Assembly (NCBI GenBank): GCA_037137395.1
Contig: JBAXKK010000038.1
Span: 1 to 23,134 of the forward strand
DNA: 23,134 nucleotides
DNA from: Elusimicrobiota bacterium
GTDB taxonomy: Bacteria > Elusimicrobiota > Elusimicrobia > Elusimicrobiales > UBA9959
Direction of reading: 5' to 3'
Both the position numbers and the translations under genes were made by a program. Positions 14,644-23,134 of this stretch are shown piece by piece (position 1 is the first letter of the stretch; each line of letters starts with the position of its first letter). Below the pieces are notes generated by a model, which searched no databases, was not told where the DNA came from, and saw nothing but the letters and a program-made list of their open reading frames with translations.

Positions 14644-16647
14644 CTACAACTTATACGACAACTGGCGCCCTTCCCACACGACTTTGGCCAGCACAGACTG
14701 AGAGTTGTCTTTTTTCTCCAACATCCCCCAGGCCATAGCCAGCCGCTCCAGTTGGACCTCGGCTCCGGTCGTGCCGGACACACCCATAACCACCTCATCC
14801 ACGGCGGCTGCCTGCGCAACCTGCGCTATGGAGTAGAACGGATCATTTGAGAACACCAGCATAGGTTTCACCGTCTTGCCGTATTTTTCCGCCAGCAGGA
14901 CCACCGAAGTAAAAAGGTCCTTGTCTTCCGGAGTCATATCCCCGGTCTCGCCTTCAAGCTGTATACCCTTTGAAATTTTCGCGGCCAGCACGATGATATC
15001 GGTCGTCTCGTCGTCGGTAGTCTCCAGGACGCTCTTTAAATGCACAAGATTGTTAGGATTCCTTACCGGAACCAGTATTTTTTTGGCTTTATCCAGTTCC
15101 GGAAGAATGCTGCCGATGTCCGCCTCTTTCCGCATGTTCATCTTCTCTTCTGAATCGTCATCCGGCATGTAAACCTGCGCCTTTTTCCGGTTCATGTACT
15201 CCGAAATCTGGAAGACGGCAAAAAACACCACCGAAAAAGTGACACCGGAAATCGTAGCCACCCGCTTGGTCAGAAGGTTCACCAGGCTGGCTGATATCAG
15301 AATCAGAAAAACCACGCACATACCGACCGGGAAATAAACCTTGCCTATCTTAATATTGAAGGGGAACATCCAGGGCCTGGGGAGGTCATCTCTGAACCTG
15401 AGGATTATCATCGACAGAGTCTTGAAAACCAGGCTCCAAAGGACGCCGAAGGCATAAGCCTCGCCCAGCAGATAAATATCCCCGCCGGAAAGTATTATCA
15501 CAATTATCTGGATGATCGCCACCATGTTTATCATGCGATAAGTTGTGCCGTACTTCTTATGCAGATGGCGGAACCAGTCGTGCAGAATGCCGTCCTCGGC
15601 CACGCGGTTCAGGACGCCGTTGGATCCCACCAGCGAGGTGTTAACCGCGCCCACCAGCATCAGACTGCCGGAAACGACCACGAAACACTGCAGCAGCAGC
15701 CTGGACCAATAAGGGCCGTTAAGCTCCAGGGCGAGGCCGCTCAGAAGATTGTCAAGGTACTTGCCGCCGATAAGGTCCGGCGGAATTATGGAGGACGCCA
15801 GAAAAGTGAGCCCGCCGGTAAATATGACGCTGAATAGAAAAACGGTGAAGGCGGCCTTCTTAAGATTTTTAATTTTAGGATCTTCTATTTCCCGATACAC
15901 CTGGGCCAGGGTTTCAAGGCCGCTAAGCGCCAGAATGGAGTGTCCGAAAGCCATAAAAATACCGACAAGGCCTATGGTCTGAAGGTAGGGGAAGTTCGTC
16001 ATCCAACCGAGCGATTCGGAAGTGAACTTAAGATCGAAAGGCGGCATCTTGAAGCCGCGCTGATAGACCGTGGATATTGACCATATTATAAGCACGGCGC
16101 CGACTAAGGTTACAAAGCCCATGATCTTAAAATTCTTATCGGTGGACTCCTCCACTCCTTTTATATTCTCGCGCCAGAAGAAGGCTGTTACGGTCACGGC
16201 GAAGAATACGGCAAAAAGCTTATGGGGAACATGCCAGTTGATATGCATAAGCGGCATGATATTATAAAGCAGACTGGAAACATATAAACCGGCGGCAACT
16301 GAACTGACCGGACCGGTCACCATATAATCGAACATCAGCGCGGAAACAGAAACTTTAGCCATGGAATGTCCCATAGCCTCGTTCACGACCTTATAAACTC
16401 CGCCACGCACGAACATAGCGCAGGACTCCACGTAAACCATAAGCATCAGGCCGGAAAAGATCATTACAGCCAGCACATACCATGGAAAAGCGGGTCCGAA
16501 AGCGTTCATTGCTATGCCGCCGGCGTAGAAGGCACTGGACCCCATATCGCACAGGACCACGGAAGCGGCTTTCCAGAACGAGATGAAACTGAGCATGGCG
16601 GTGCTGAGCACAAGGACCTGTTTAAAGCGCGGGGAAGGAGGATTCAT
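14644..16647 (-). CDS. APC-superfamily permease, KimA/KUP-like putative K+/H+ symporter with a cytoplasmic USP-like C-terminal domain
   Basis: About 12 TM segments; DMGSSAFY, FDYMVT, LSGLET and EAYAFGV resemble KimA motifs; tail KKILVPV..VDEVVMG is USP-like. Confidence 0.8.
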   Translation of the reverse strand: MNPPSPRFKQVLVLSTAMLSFISFWKAASVVLCDMGSSAFYAGGIAMNAFGPAFPWYVLAVMIFSGLMLMVYVESCAMFVRGGVYKVVNEAMGHSMAKVSVSALMFDYMVTGPVSSVAAGLYVSSLLYNIMPLMHINWHVPHKLFAVFFAVTVTAFFWRENIKGVEESTDKNFKIMGFVTLVGAVLIIWSISTVYQRGFKMPPFDLKFTSESLGWMTNFPYLQTIGLVGIFMAFGHSILALSGLETLAQVYREIEDPKIKNLKKAAFTVFLFSVIFTGGLTFLASSIIPPDLIGGKYLDNLLSGLALELNGPYWSRLLLQCFVVVSGSLMLVGAVNTSLVGSNGVLNRVAEDGILHDWFRHLHKKYGTTYRMINMVAIIQIIVIILSGGDIYLLGEAYAFGVLWSLVFKTLSMIILRFRDDLPRPWMFPFNIKIGKVYFPVGMCVVFLILISASLVNLLTKRVATISGVTFSVVFFAVFQISEYMNRKKAQVYMPDDDSEEKMNMRKEADIGSILPELDKAKKILVPVRNPNNLVHLKSVLETTDDETTDIIVLAAKISKGIQLEGETGDMTPEDKDLFTSVVLLAEKYGKTVKPMLVFSNDPFYSIAQVAQAAAVDEVVMGVSGTTGAEVQLERLAMAWGMLEKKDNSQSVLAKVVWEGRQLSYKL

Positions 16648-16653
16648 ATAGTT

Positions 16654-16670
16654 GATATATATTATATATC
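16654..16670. promoter_or_regulatory. AT-rich palindrome containing a minus-strand TATAAT; possible operator over the -10
   Basis: GATATATA-T-TATATATC lies 6 nt upstream of the permease ATG. Confidence 0.4.
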
Positions 16671-16762
16671 TTTAACCAGAACGGTCCACGGGGAATTTGC
16701 GGAGATAAGGAGAATATCACACTTGTTTTGGCTGTGTTTTGAGACAAAAAAAGGCAGGTGAA

Positions 16763-17266
16763 TTATTCGTGTTTAGCGACAGCTTCATGGACCTGCGCGC
16801 CATCTTTCATAGCTACGATCGAATCCATGAAAGCGGGCTGGAAGAGACGGGAAAGTTTGGAGAGCATATTGAGATGCTGCTGGAAGAAAATAGGCCTGTT
16901 GGGGGTCAGGAGCAGGAGAGCGGCTCTTACGGTTATCCCGGATTTGGGATCAAGCGAGCCTTCCGGGATGATGGCCAGCGCCGTATAAAAACGATCTATT
17001 TCAGCCAGTTTGGCGTGGGGGATATAGAAGCCGGTCTCCAGCACATTGTTGAGCTTTTCTACTTCGGTAACCTTTTCATAAAGAGCTTTGGCCGTTACAA
17101 AATCACTTACCTGGGGATAAAGGCCGTCAGTAAGAAGCTTAACCACTTCTTCCTTGGCGGGCCTGCCCTTAAGGAAAAACACATAATCGCTCTTAAGTAT
17201 GGAGGCTAGCGTGACTTCTTCGGACTGTCGTATCATAAGGGGCTGATTCAAAACTTCTACAGGCAT
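16763..17266 (-). CDS. Stand-alone PTS EIIA-like protein (EIIA_2; Ntr/fructose type)
   Basis: KEEVVKLL, EVEK..VLETGFYIPHAK (phospho-His motif), QHLNMLSKLSRLF. Confidence 0.8.
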   Translation of the reverse strand: MPVEVLNQPLMIRQSEEVTLASILKSDYVFFLKGRPAKEEVVKLLTDGLYPQVSDFVTAKALYEKVTEVEKLNNVLETGFYIPHAKLAEIDRFYTALAIIPEGSLDPKSGITVRAALLLLTPNRPIFFQQHLNMLSKLSRLFQPAFMDSIVAMKDGAQVHEAVAKHE

Positions 17267-17327
17267 ATGCTATCATTATCAGACCGGCCCCGTCAAGAAG
17301 AGAAGAAGGACTGGAAACGGACGCTCT

Positions 17328-18215
17328 ATGACCGATAAAACACCAAAAACGGCAAAAAACCGCCTGGCGGCCGGCGTGGACAGAGGCGGCACCCGCACCA
17401 GAATAGTGCTGATAAATGGCCGGGGCTCGGAGTTGAAGAAAGCCTCGCACCCCAGCTCCCACATTAAACTCCTGCCGAACCTTATAATAAAGACGGCCTT
17501 AGAATGGAAACTTGAACCCCATATCCCGGTTATTATAGCTACGCGCGGCGCTATGACCAGGAAATGGAAAAAACCTTTCCTCATTAAAAAACTAAAAGGC
17601 AAGATTAACCTGTTGGATGTTATCTCGGACGCCCAGGCCGCCTACCTGGCCGCTCACGGAGCCGGGAATGGCGCCCTGCTGATAGCCGGCACCGGCTCGG
17701 TAGTCTTTCTGAAGCGCCGGAGCGGCCGCTTTGAAAAAATAGGCGGACACAGTCCGGCCGGAGGCGACCCCGGATCGGGCCTGTGGATTGGCACCAGATT
17801 CCTGAAAATAAAAAAAATGAAGAAAAAGGGCCTGGACCGCCGGGCCAGGGCAGCTTACGCCGCGATAGCCGTAAACAGCGCGGAGAGCGGAGATCTCGCG
17901 GCCATAGGACTGGTCCGGCAAGCACATGAACATCTTTCAAACCTGCTAGCCGGCGCGGTAAAAAAGCATATCGCCCGCGGCAGCGCCGCAGCAGGAACCC
18001 CCGGCCAACAGACGGATAACGCCAGAAAGCCGCTAAGAGTGGCGCTGACCGGAGGACTTATGCAGAACGCTTTTTTCAGGAAAACTTTTATCGTCAGAGC
18101 GCGTGGACAGTTCGCTCCAGTCCGCCTGGTTTTCACAACGCTTAAGCGCACGGCCGAATACGCCGCCGCCAGACTGGCTATGGAAAATTTCTATGGAAGA
18201 AATAAAGGTACTTAA
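17328..18215 (+). CDS. BadF/BadG/BcrA/BcrD-family ATPase (GlcNAc/MurNAc-kinase-like), divergent
   Basis: GVDRGGT, VISDA, LIAGTGS, GDPGSG, LTGG (ASKHA motifs). Confidence 0.8.
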   Translation: MTDKTPKTAKNRLAAGVDRGGTRTRIVLINGRGSELKKASHPSSHIKLLPNLIIKTALEWKLEPHIPVIIATRGAMTRKWKKPFLIKKLKGKINLLDVISDAQAAYLAAHGAGNGALLIAGTGSVVFLKRRSGRFEKIGGHSPAGGDPGSGLWIGTRFLKIKKMKKKGLDRRARAAYAAIAVNSAESGDLAAIGLVRQAHEHLSNLLAGAVKKHIARGSAAAGTPGQQTDNARKPLRVALTGGLMQNAFFRKTFIVRARGQFAPVRLVFTTLKRTAEYAAARLAMENFYGRNKGT

Positions 18216-18981
18216 AAAAGCCCTGCTTGCCGGCGGCGCCGTAATGAAGCGTTATTTCGGACGGGTCAGCTATGAGCTGAAAGGCCGGGCGAACCTGCTG
18301 ACAGTGGCGGACCTTAAGTCACAACAAGAAGTGATAGCCGTCATAAAAAAAGCCTTTCCGGACCACGGCTTTCTGGCGGAAGAAGAGGGGATGCACGGAA
18401 GCGGCAATGGCCCGCTCTGGATCATAGATCCCCTGGACGGCACTACCAACTACGCTCACTCCTTCCCGATCGCGGCAGTTTCCATCGGCTTTCTGGCCGG
18501 AGGGCGGATCATGGCCTCCGGCGTATTTGACCCTTTTAGAAAAGAACTCTTCCTGGCCAAGCGGGGGAGCGGCGCTTTTATGAACGGCCGGCGCCTGAAA
18601 GTTTCCGCCATCCCTAAAATTTCCGACGCGCTCCTTGTTACCGGATTCCCTTACGACCGCGCGGAAAAAGCCGCTTTCTACTGTTCGTTCTTCACAAAAT
18701 TTATGCGAATCTCACATGATGTCAGAAGAATGGGTTCCGCTTCTCTGGACCTGGCCTGGCTGGCCGCCGGCAGAACGGACGGGTATTGGGAGTTCGGCCT
18801 TAAGCCCTGGGACGTGGCCGCGGGCGGACTGCTGGTGGAAGAGGCGGGGGGGAAGGTGAGCGATTTTTCCGGCCGGCCATGGAAAAAAACAGATGACTAC
18901 GGCGTCCAAACCCTGGCGACTAACGGAAAAATCCACAAAGAAATGCTCGGAATTATAAAACGCACGATAAAAGGGGCGTAG
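18193..18981 (+). CDS. suhB: Inositol monophosphatase family protein (SuhB-like)
   Basis: LAEE, WIIDPLDGTTNYAH, RRMGSASLDL, KPWDVAAG; start re-called at ATG18193. Confidence 0.9.
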   Translation: MEEIKVLKKALLAGGAVMKRYFGRVSYELKGRANLLTVADLKSQQEVIAVIKKAFPDHGFLAEEEGMHGSGNGPLWIIDPLDGTTNYAHSFPIAAVSIGFLAGGRIMASGVFDPFRKELFLAKRGSGAFMNGRRLKVSAIPKISDALLVTGFPYDRAEKAAFYCSFFTKFMRISHDVRRMGSASLDLAWLAAGRTDGYWEFGLKPWDVAAGGLLVEEAGGKVSDFSGRPWKKTDDYGVQTLATNGKIHKEMLGIIKRTIKGA

Positions 18982-18985
18982 AAAC

Positions 18986-19513
18986 ATGCTTCTGGCTGTA
19001 ATTTACTTTCTGGCCTTCTCGCTTTTCCTTACCTGGGCTGTGGTCCGCACACTTGAACGGCGGGAAAAGCGTTACCGGCTTGGCGGATATTACTCCGGCG
19101 ACGCCCTGCTGGCCGGCACGGGCGTTTTCATTTCCTCCTACGTAATAAACTTCGTTTCCTCTTTCCGCTTCCGCGAGCAGTTCCTTTACATCCAGCTCTT
19201 TATGCTGGGCTGCCTGCTGGCCTTCGAAAAAATAAAAGAGGCGTCCTACCGGCGGAGCGCGGCCGAAATTACAAACCGCCTGCTGGAAGAAATACGGGAG
19301 ATGGAAGGCGGGCTAAAATCCGACCCTGCTAATTCCGCCTTCCATGAAAGGCTTTCCGAACTCCACGAAAAACTGGGCGACACTGAAAAGGCCGCCGCGC
19401 ACGCCGCCACGGCGGCAACACTGGACCCGACCGAAAAGAACAGATGGCGCCTTAAAACCCTGAAGCAGGACCTGGAAGAAAAAGCCCCGTCATCCCCAAA
19501 ACAGAAACACTAA
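18986..19513 (+). CDS. Hypothetical membrane protein with a C-terminal TPR-like region
   Basis: Three N-terminal hydrophobic segments; DPANSAFHERLSELHEKLGD..A..LDP TPR-like pattern; starts 4 nt after suhB. Confidence 0.65.
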   Translation: MLLAVIYFLAFSLFLTWAVVRTLERREKRYRLGGYYSGDALLAGTGVFISSYVINFVSSFRFREQFLYIQLFMLGCLLAFEKIKEASYRRSAAEITNRLLEEIREMEGGLKSDPANSAFHERLSELHEKLGDTEKAAAHAATAATLDPTEKNRWRLKTLKQDLEEKAPSSPKQKH

Positions 19514-19560
19514 CCCAAGGCTCTCCTGCGGTTCACTACCCGAAGTTCACCGGAGCGGCG

Positions 19561-20577
19561 TTATATTTTTTTGGCCGGGGGGGAAGAGGCGAGAAGTTCC
19601 TGGTCGAGCGCGGCGGCGGGAACCGGGTTAAAACTCCAGCCCAGGGTGAACCGGTGCGTCACCCCCAGATCTCCGTAAGGCACAAAAGCGTAATCCAAAC
19701 CTATATCCCCGAGCTTGACTCCGAAGCCGGCGGAAAAAGATCCCATCATTCCCAGGTCGTCGTAATTCTTAAAATTCAAACCGGAACGCAGGAACAGCGC
19801 GGATGATCCCGCGAACCGGAAGTCGTATTCCCCGGAAATAATAAGGTAGGGGATATGGTCGGCCGGCGCGCGCCCGTCTATAAAAAGCACGAACTGGCTG
19901 GCGTAACGCAAACTTAAAGCCCCGCCAAGTTCAAAAGGCAGCGGCGCCGATACGGAGCCAAGCTTCATAGGCAGCCCGAAATTCCGGGCGAAAACGGCAA
20001 ACTCCACGTCGCGGTTCTCTCGGTCTTTTATCAGCACTCCCAGGTCCAGAGCCGCCGTCCCGGCGGAGCGGTCATAAAGTTTTGAACGGATGTATTTAAG
20101 AGCCAGACCCGCGTCGCCCCAGCCGAACCGCGTCCCGTAGGAGCCGATCAAAGCGGCGTCGTAGGCTTTAAACCCGCCGGCGGAGTCGCCGCGGGAGTCA
20201 TATTCTTCAAGCCCGGTCTCATAACGGTAAAGCGCCCCTATCCCCAGAACGCCGGTTGAGACTCCCTTAAGCCCCGCGAAAGCGGTGCGCCCGGCGCCTT
20301 CCAGCAGACTTTCGTATCCGAGCAGAAGGGTTGAGGAGCCGGGCGGGATGTAGGAGACGCCGGCGGGATTGCAGAAAAAAGCGTCCGGCGCCCTGAGCGC
20401 GCCGCCGCCTGACCCCAGCGCGGCAAGACGCGCTGAAGCCGGAGATTTAAGGAAGGAAGCTGAAGTTGTGCCGCGCGCCGAATCCGAAAAAGCGTTCGGC
20501 GGGAACAGGGCCGCACCGCAGACGCCGGCGCCGCAAAGCGCTGACACCAATGCGAAAAAGAGCGTTTTTTTATTCAC
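19561..20577 (-). CDS. PorV/PorQ-like (UPF0164) outer-membrane beta-barrel protein
   Basis: Signal peptide; ASFLK..SARLAALG..FFCNPAG; C-terminal LDYAFVPYGDLGVTHRFTLGWSF. Confidence 0.78.
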   Translation of the reverse strand: MNKKTLFFALVSALCGAGVCGAALFPPNAFSDSARGTTSASFLKSPASARLAALGSGGGALRAPDAFFCNPAGVSYIPPGSSTLLLGYESLLEGAGRTAFAGLKGVSTGVLGIGALYRYETGLEEYDSRGDSAGGFKAYDAALIGSYGTRFGWGDAGLALKYIRSKLYDRSAGTAALDLGVLIKDRENRDVEFAVFARNFGLPMKLGSVSAPLPFELGGALSLRYASQFVLFIDGRAPADHIPYLIISGEYDFRFAGSSALFLRSGLNFKNYDDLGMMGSFSAGFGVKLGDIGLDYAFVPYGDLGVTHRFTLGWSFNPVPAAALDQELLASSPPAKKI

Positions 20578-20614
20578 TTAGGCCTGATATGGGACCGCGC
20601 AAGTTTGGGCGGAG

Positions 20615-21157
20615 CTATTTTTTAAGGTCCGCCAGCAGATATTCAATGCGGGACTTTATCTTGGTTTTGTCGAGTGAGTCAAAATCAGCGACCATGTCCT
20701 CCAGGAACTTCGCGGTGAAGTCACGGTTGACTTTGGATCTTGATAAATCGGACTCAATATTTTTTACACGCCCGTCCAGGCTGGCGAGGTGCTCGTAAAG
20801 ACCCTTAACAAACTCTTCGGCCCTTGACATGGAAATCGTTTCCGCTACGGCGGGAGGGAGAACCGCCGCCGGTTCTTCAGGCGCTTCGGGGAAAGGCCCC
20901 GGTTCGGGATCCTCCGCGACCGCCCCGACCAAGACTGACGTTGAGGCCGTATCAAACACCTCCGGCCCTCCGCCAGCCAGAGGCAACTCGCCCTGGACTT
21001 CTCCGGCTTCATCATCCGTTTTTTCAAAATCGGACTGATTCTCTATCTCCAGATATTTTCTTATCGAGAACACCAGCAGAAATAGCGCGAGCGCGAAAAC
21101 AGCCGCGGCTATGTAAAAGTTGGGATCCATCCAGACCGTGTAAATATTGAATTTCAT
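20615..21157 (-). CDS. Hypothetical bitopic membrane protein
   Basis: One N-terminal TM, acidic/Pro-rich linker, C-terminal coiled-coil-like region; start uncertain. Confidence 0.7.
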   Translation of the reverse strand: MKFNIYTVWMDPNFYIAAAVFALALFLLVFSIRKYLEIENQSDFEKTDDEAGEVQGELPLAGGGPEVFDTASTSVLVGAVAEDPEPGPFPEAPEEPAAVLPPAVAETISMSRAEEFVKGLYEHLASLDGRVKNIESDLSRSKVNRDFTAKFLEDMVADFDSLDKTKIKSRIEYLLADLKK

Positions 21158-21255
21158 AATATACGCACCCGCTTTTAGGATTTGTCTTCAAGACTATGCA
21201 AACGCGCCAACTTGCCCGCGTTCCGCTACAGATTAAACTATCCGACCAGTACCGG

Positions 21256-22098
21256 TCAAGAAAGCTTTACTTCCTGTCCCTCTTTAACCGCGAAGCAATT
21301 CAGTTTGGAGCCTGCCGCCTTGATCAGCTTGCGACACGCGGCCAGCGTCTCCTCAATTTCCCTGTCGGTCCGGTCCTGGTTATGGTGAAAAAGCCCTAAA
21401 CTTTTCACTTCGGCTTTAAGGGCCAGATCCACCGCCTGCTGGTAAGTGGAGTGCCCCCAGGTCCGACGCCTAGGATATTCCGCGTCGGTGTAATCCGCGT
21501 CGTGAACTAGCAGATCTGCGCCGCGTGAAAAAGCGACATAGTCGTCAAAGTCCCGGCCGCCGGGATGTTTAAAAGCCAATTCATTATCGGTCAGAAAAAC
21601 GAATGTCCGTCCAGCCTCCAGAAACTTGTAACCCATGCCCTGATTGGGATGACTTAACTCTATGGGAGCGATGTTGATCGGACCTATCTCCCAACCGGTT
21701 GAGCAGACCGAGGCAAATTCAAACTTGGCGGAGATCTCAGAAAATTTAACAGGGAAACCCGGGGGTTGCATGGTCTTAGCGACGATCTCTCGCACGGGGT
21801 CGGAGGAAAAGGAGCAGCCCAACATGCGGATCCTCGTCTCTTTACGATAGATGGGGGCGAAAAAAGGGAAACCTATCACATGGTCCCAGTGGGAATGAGT
21901 GAAGAACATCGTGAAATTATTGTGGGGGGCCTTTATAAGCTCTTTACCCAAAGCCCTAATTCCGGTGCCGGCGTCTATAATGATGAGGTCGTCCTTTTTG
22001 GAACGCAATTCCACGCAGGCGGTGCTGCCGCCGTAAATGTTATATTGCCTGCCTGAAACCGGAACACTTCCTCTGGCGCCCCAGAATTTAATTTTCAT
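21256..22098 (-). CDS. MBL-fold metallo-hydrolase (RNase Z / phosphodiesterase-like)
   Basis: MKIKFWGARGS, DAGTG, THSHWDH, TDNE, WGHS, FHH; SD GGAGG precedes ATG22098. Confidence 0.9.
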   Translation of the reverse strand: MKIKFWGARGSVPVSGRQYNIYGGSTACVELRSKKDDLIIIDAGTGIRALGKELIKAPHNNFTMFFTHSHWDHVIGFPFFAPIYRKETRIRMLGCSFSSDPVREIVAKTMQPPGFPVKFSEISAKFEFASVCSTGWEIGPINIAPIELSHPNQGMGYKFLEAGRTFVFLTDNELAFKHPGGRDFDDYVAFSRGADLLVHDADYTDAEYPRRRTWGHSTYQQAVDLALKAEVKSLGLFHHNQDRTDREIEETLAACRKLIKAAGSKLNCFAVKEGQEVKLS

Positions 22099-22392
22099 AA
22101 GCCTCCGTAATGAAGAGTATATATTAATATAAAGTCGCAAGGCCATACAAATATCAGCACGGCAGCCTTTAAGATTGTGCTGTCCGCCGTTTTTTAATAT
22201 AATCAACTTATGCAATCCTATCTACATTCATTATCTGGTCCATTTCTTGCGCGAGTGTCGCACCAGGGCTCTATGCCCATCAAACGACCAAGCTAAGCTT
22301 TTCCAATACTTATAGGCACCTTATCCGGACCTATTGGCCCTTAAAAGGCCTTAACTTTTCATTAGAAACTATCCATTAGCGAGGCAACTGAG

Positions 22393-23134
22393 ATGAATAA
22401 CGAGAAAATAGCCATAGTCGGGATCGGCATAATAGCACCTGAAGCCGCCGATAAAGACCAATTTTGGGCAAATGTGATTTCCGGGAAGAACTGCATCAGC
22501 GAGGTCCCCAAGGACCGCTGGGACTGGCGGCTCTACTATTCTGAAGATCATAAGGCGGCTGACAAGACATATTCAAAGATAGGCGGCTTCATAAAAGACT
22601 TCACTTTTAATCCCATAAAGTACAAGATCCCGCCCCAGACGGCCGTGCAGATCTCACGCCTGCAGCAGATCACGATAGAAGCCGTCCGCATGGCCTTCGA
22701 AGACTCCGGCTACGATAAAAAAGCTTTCGACCCGGCGAAAGCCGCTGTAGTCATTGGCAACGCCATGGGCGCAATGCGTAAAGAGTTGACCGACCTGCGC
22801 GTCTACAAGTTCTACAACGAAGACCTCCTGAAAAAGACCAGCACATATTCCGGCCTCACTCCGGCCCAGCAAAAAGCGCTCCTGGAGGAATACGAGGGGC
22901 AGATAGACCAGAATATACTGAAGATCACCGAGGATACCATGCCAGGCGAGCTGTCCAATGTCACCGCCGGTCGGATAGCCAATGTTTTTAACCTTAAAGG
23001 CCCCAACATGACCATGGACGCGGCCTGTGCCTCTTCACTGGCGGCCCTGGACTACGCAGTACTGGGCCTGCGCTCGGGTAAATTCGACATGGCGGTAACC
23101 GGCGGCGCGGATGAGATGATGTCCGCCCCCGCTT
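22393..23134 (+). CDS. Type I PKS / PfaA-like PUFA-synthase ketosynthase domain, 5' part only (runs off the window)
   Basis: Hand translation: MNNEKIAIVGIG..EVPKDRWD..DKTYSKIGGFI..TEDTMPGELSNVTAGRIANVFNLKGPNMTMDAACASSLAA; catalytic Cys codon at 23026-23028; GAGG upstream. Confidence 0.92.
   Translation, partial: MNNEKIAIVGIGIIAPEAADKDQFWANVISGKNCISEVPKDRWDWRLYYSEDHKAADKTYSKIGGFIKDFTFNPIKYKIPPQTAVQISRLQQITIEAVRMAFEDSGYDKKAFDPAKAAVVIGNAMGAMRKELTDLRVYKFYNEDLLKKTSTYSGLTPAQQKALLEEYEGQIDQNILKITEDTMPGELSNVTAGRIANVFNLKGPNMTMDAACASSLAALDYAVLGLRSGKFDMAVTGGADEMMSAPA

Noticed and set aside
16648..16762. c-di-AMP (ydaO) riboswitch upstream of the KimA-like gene
   Set aside because: The gap is only 115 nt and I could not identify the conserved motifs by eye; an Infernal scan would settle it.
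16739..17209. 156-aa plus-strand ORF
   Set aside because: Antisense to the EIIA-like gene, which has the recognisable motif.
18103..18192. N-terminal extension of suhB; likewise those of rplS (9210-9284) and the MBL gene (22099-22215)
   Set aside because: Family similarity, and for rplS and MBL the SD motifs, support the downstream ATGs.
22216..22392. Riboswitch or ncRNA upstream of the PKS
   Set aside because: No recognisable conserved motif or strong stem was seen.
22369..23015. Three short minus-strand ORFs
   Set aside because: Antisense to the PKS ketosynthase frame.

Overview
Bacterial chromosomal DNA of moderate GC, mostly housekeeping genes. Gene order and content (def-fmt-PASTA-rpe, a PorV-like barrel) suggest a diderm, possibly Elusimicrobiota; this is inference only. 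Left to right: an ABC-2 exporter pair, an orphan flippase, and an FNR-like regulator. Then a long minus-strand run, in transcription order: PTS EIIA-like, KimA/KUP-like permease, def, fmt, PASTA protein, rpe, response regulator, rpsP, khpA, trmD, rplS, rnhB, yraN, punA, pdp, upp. After that come a BadF-type kinase, SuhB, a membrane/TPR protein, a PorV-like barrel, a bitopic hypothetical protein, an MBL hydrolase, and the 5' end of a PfaA-like type I PKS that the ORF track missed (22393 to the edge). The most striking unexplained signal is non-coding. Twelve intergenic gaps carry degenerate 7- or 8-bp-period tandem arrays, mostly with a different unit at each site. Seven are built as two inverted arms, and four overlap stop codons or C-terminal codons. 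Also present: a ~310-bp MITE-like element at the upp stop, a perfect 51-bp palindrome, no rimM in the rpsP-trmD operon, and a PTS EIIA gene paired with the KimA-like K+ transporter. No rRNA, tRNA, CRISPR array or transposase was seen.
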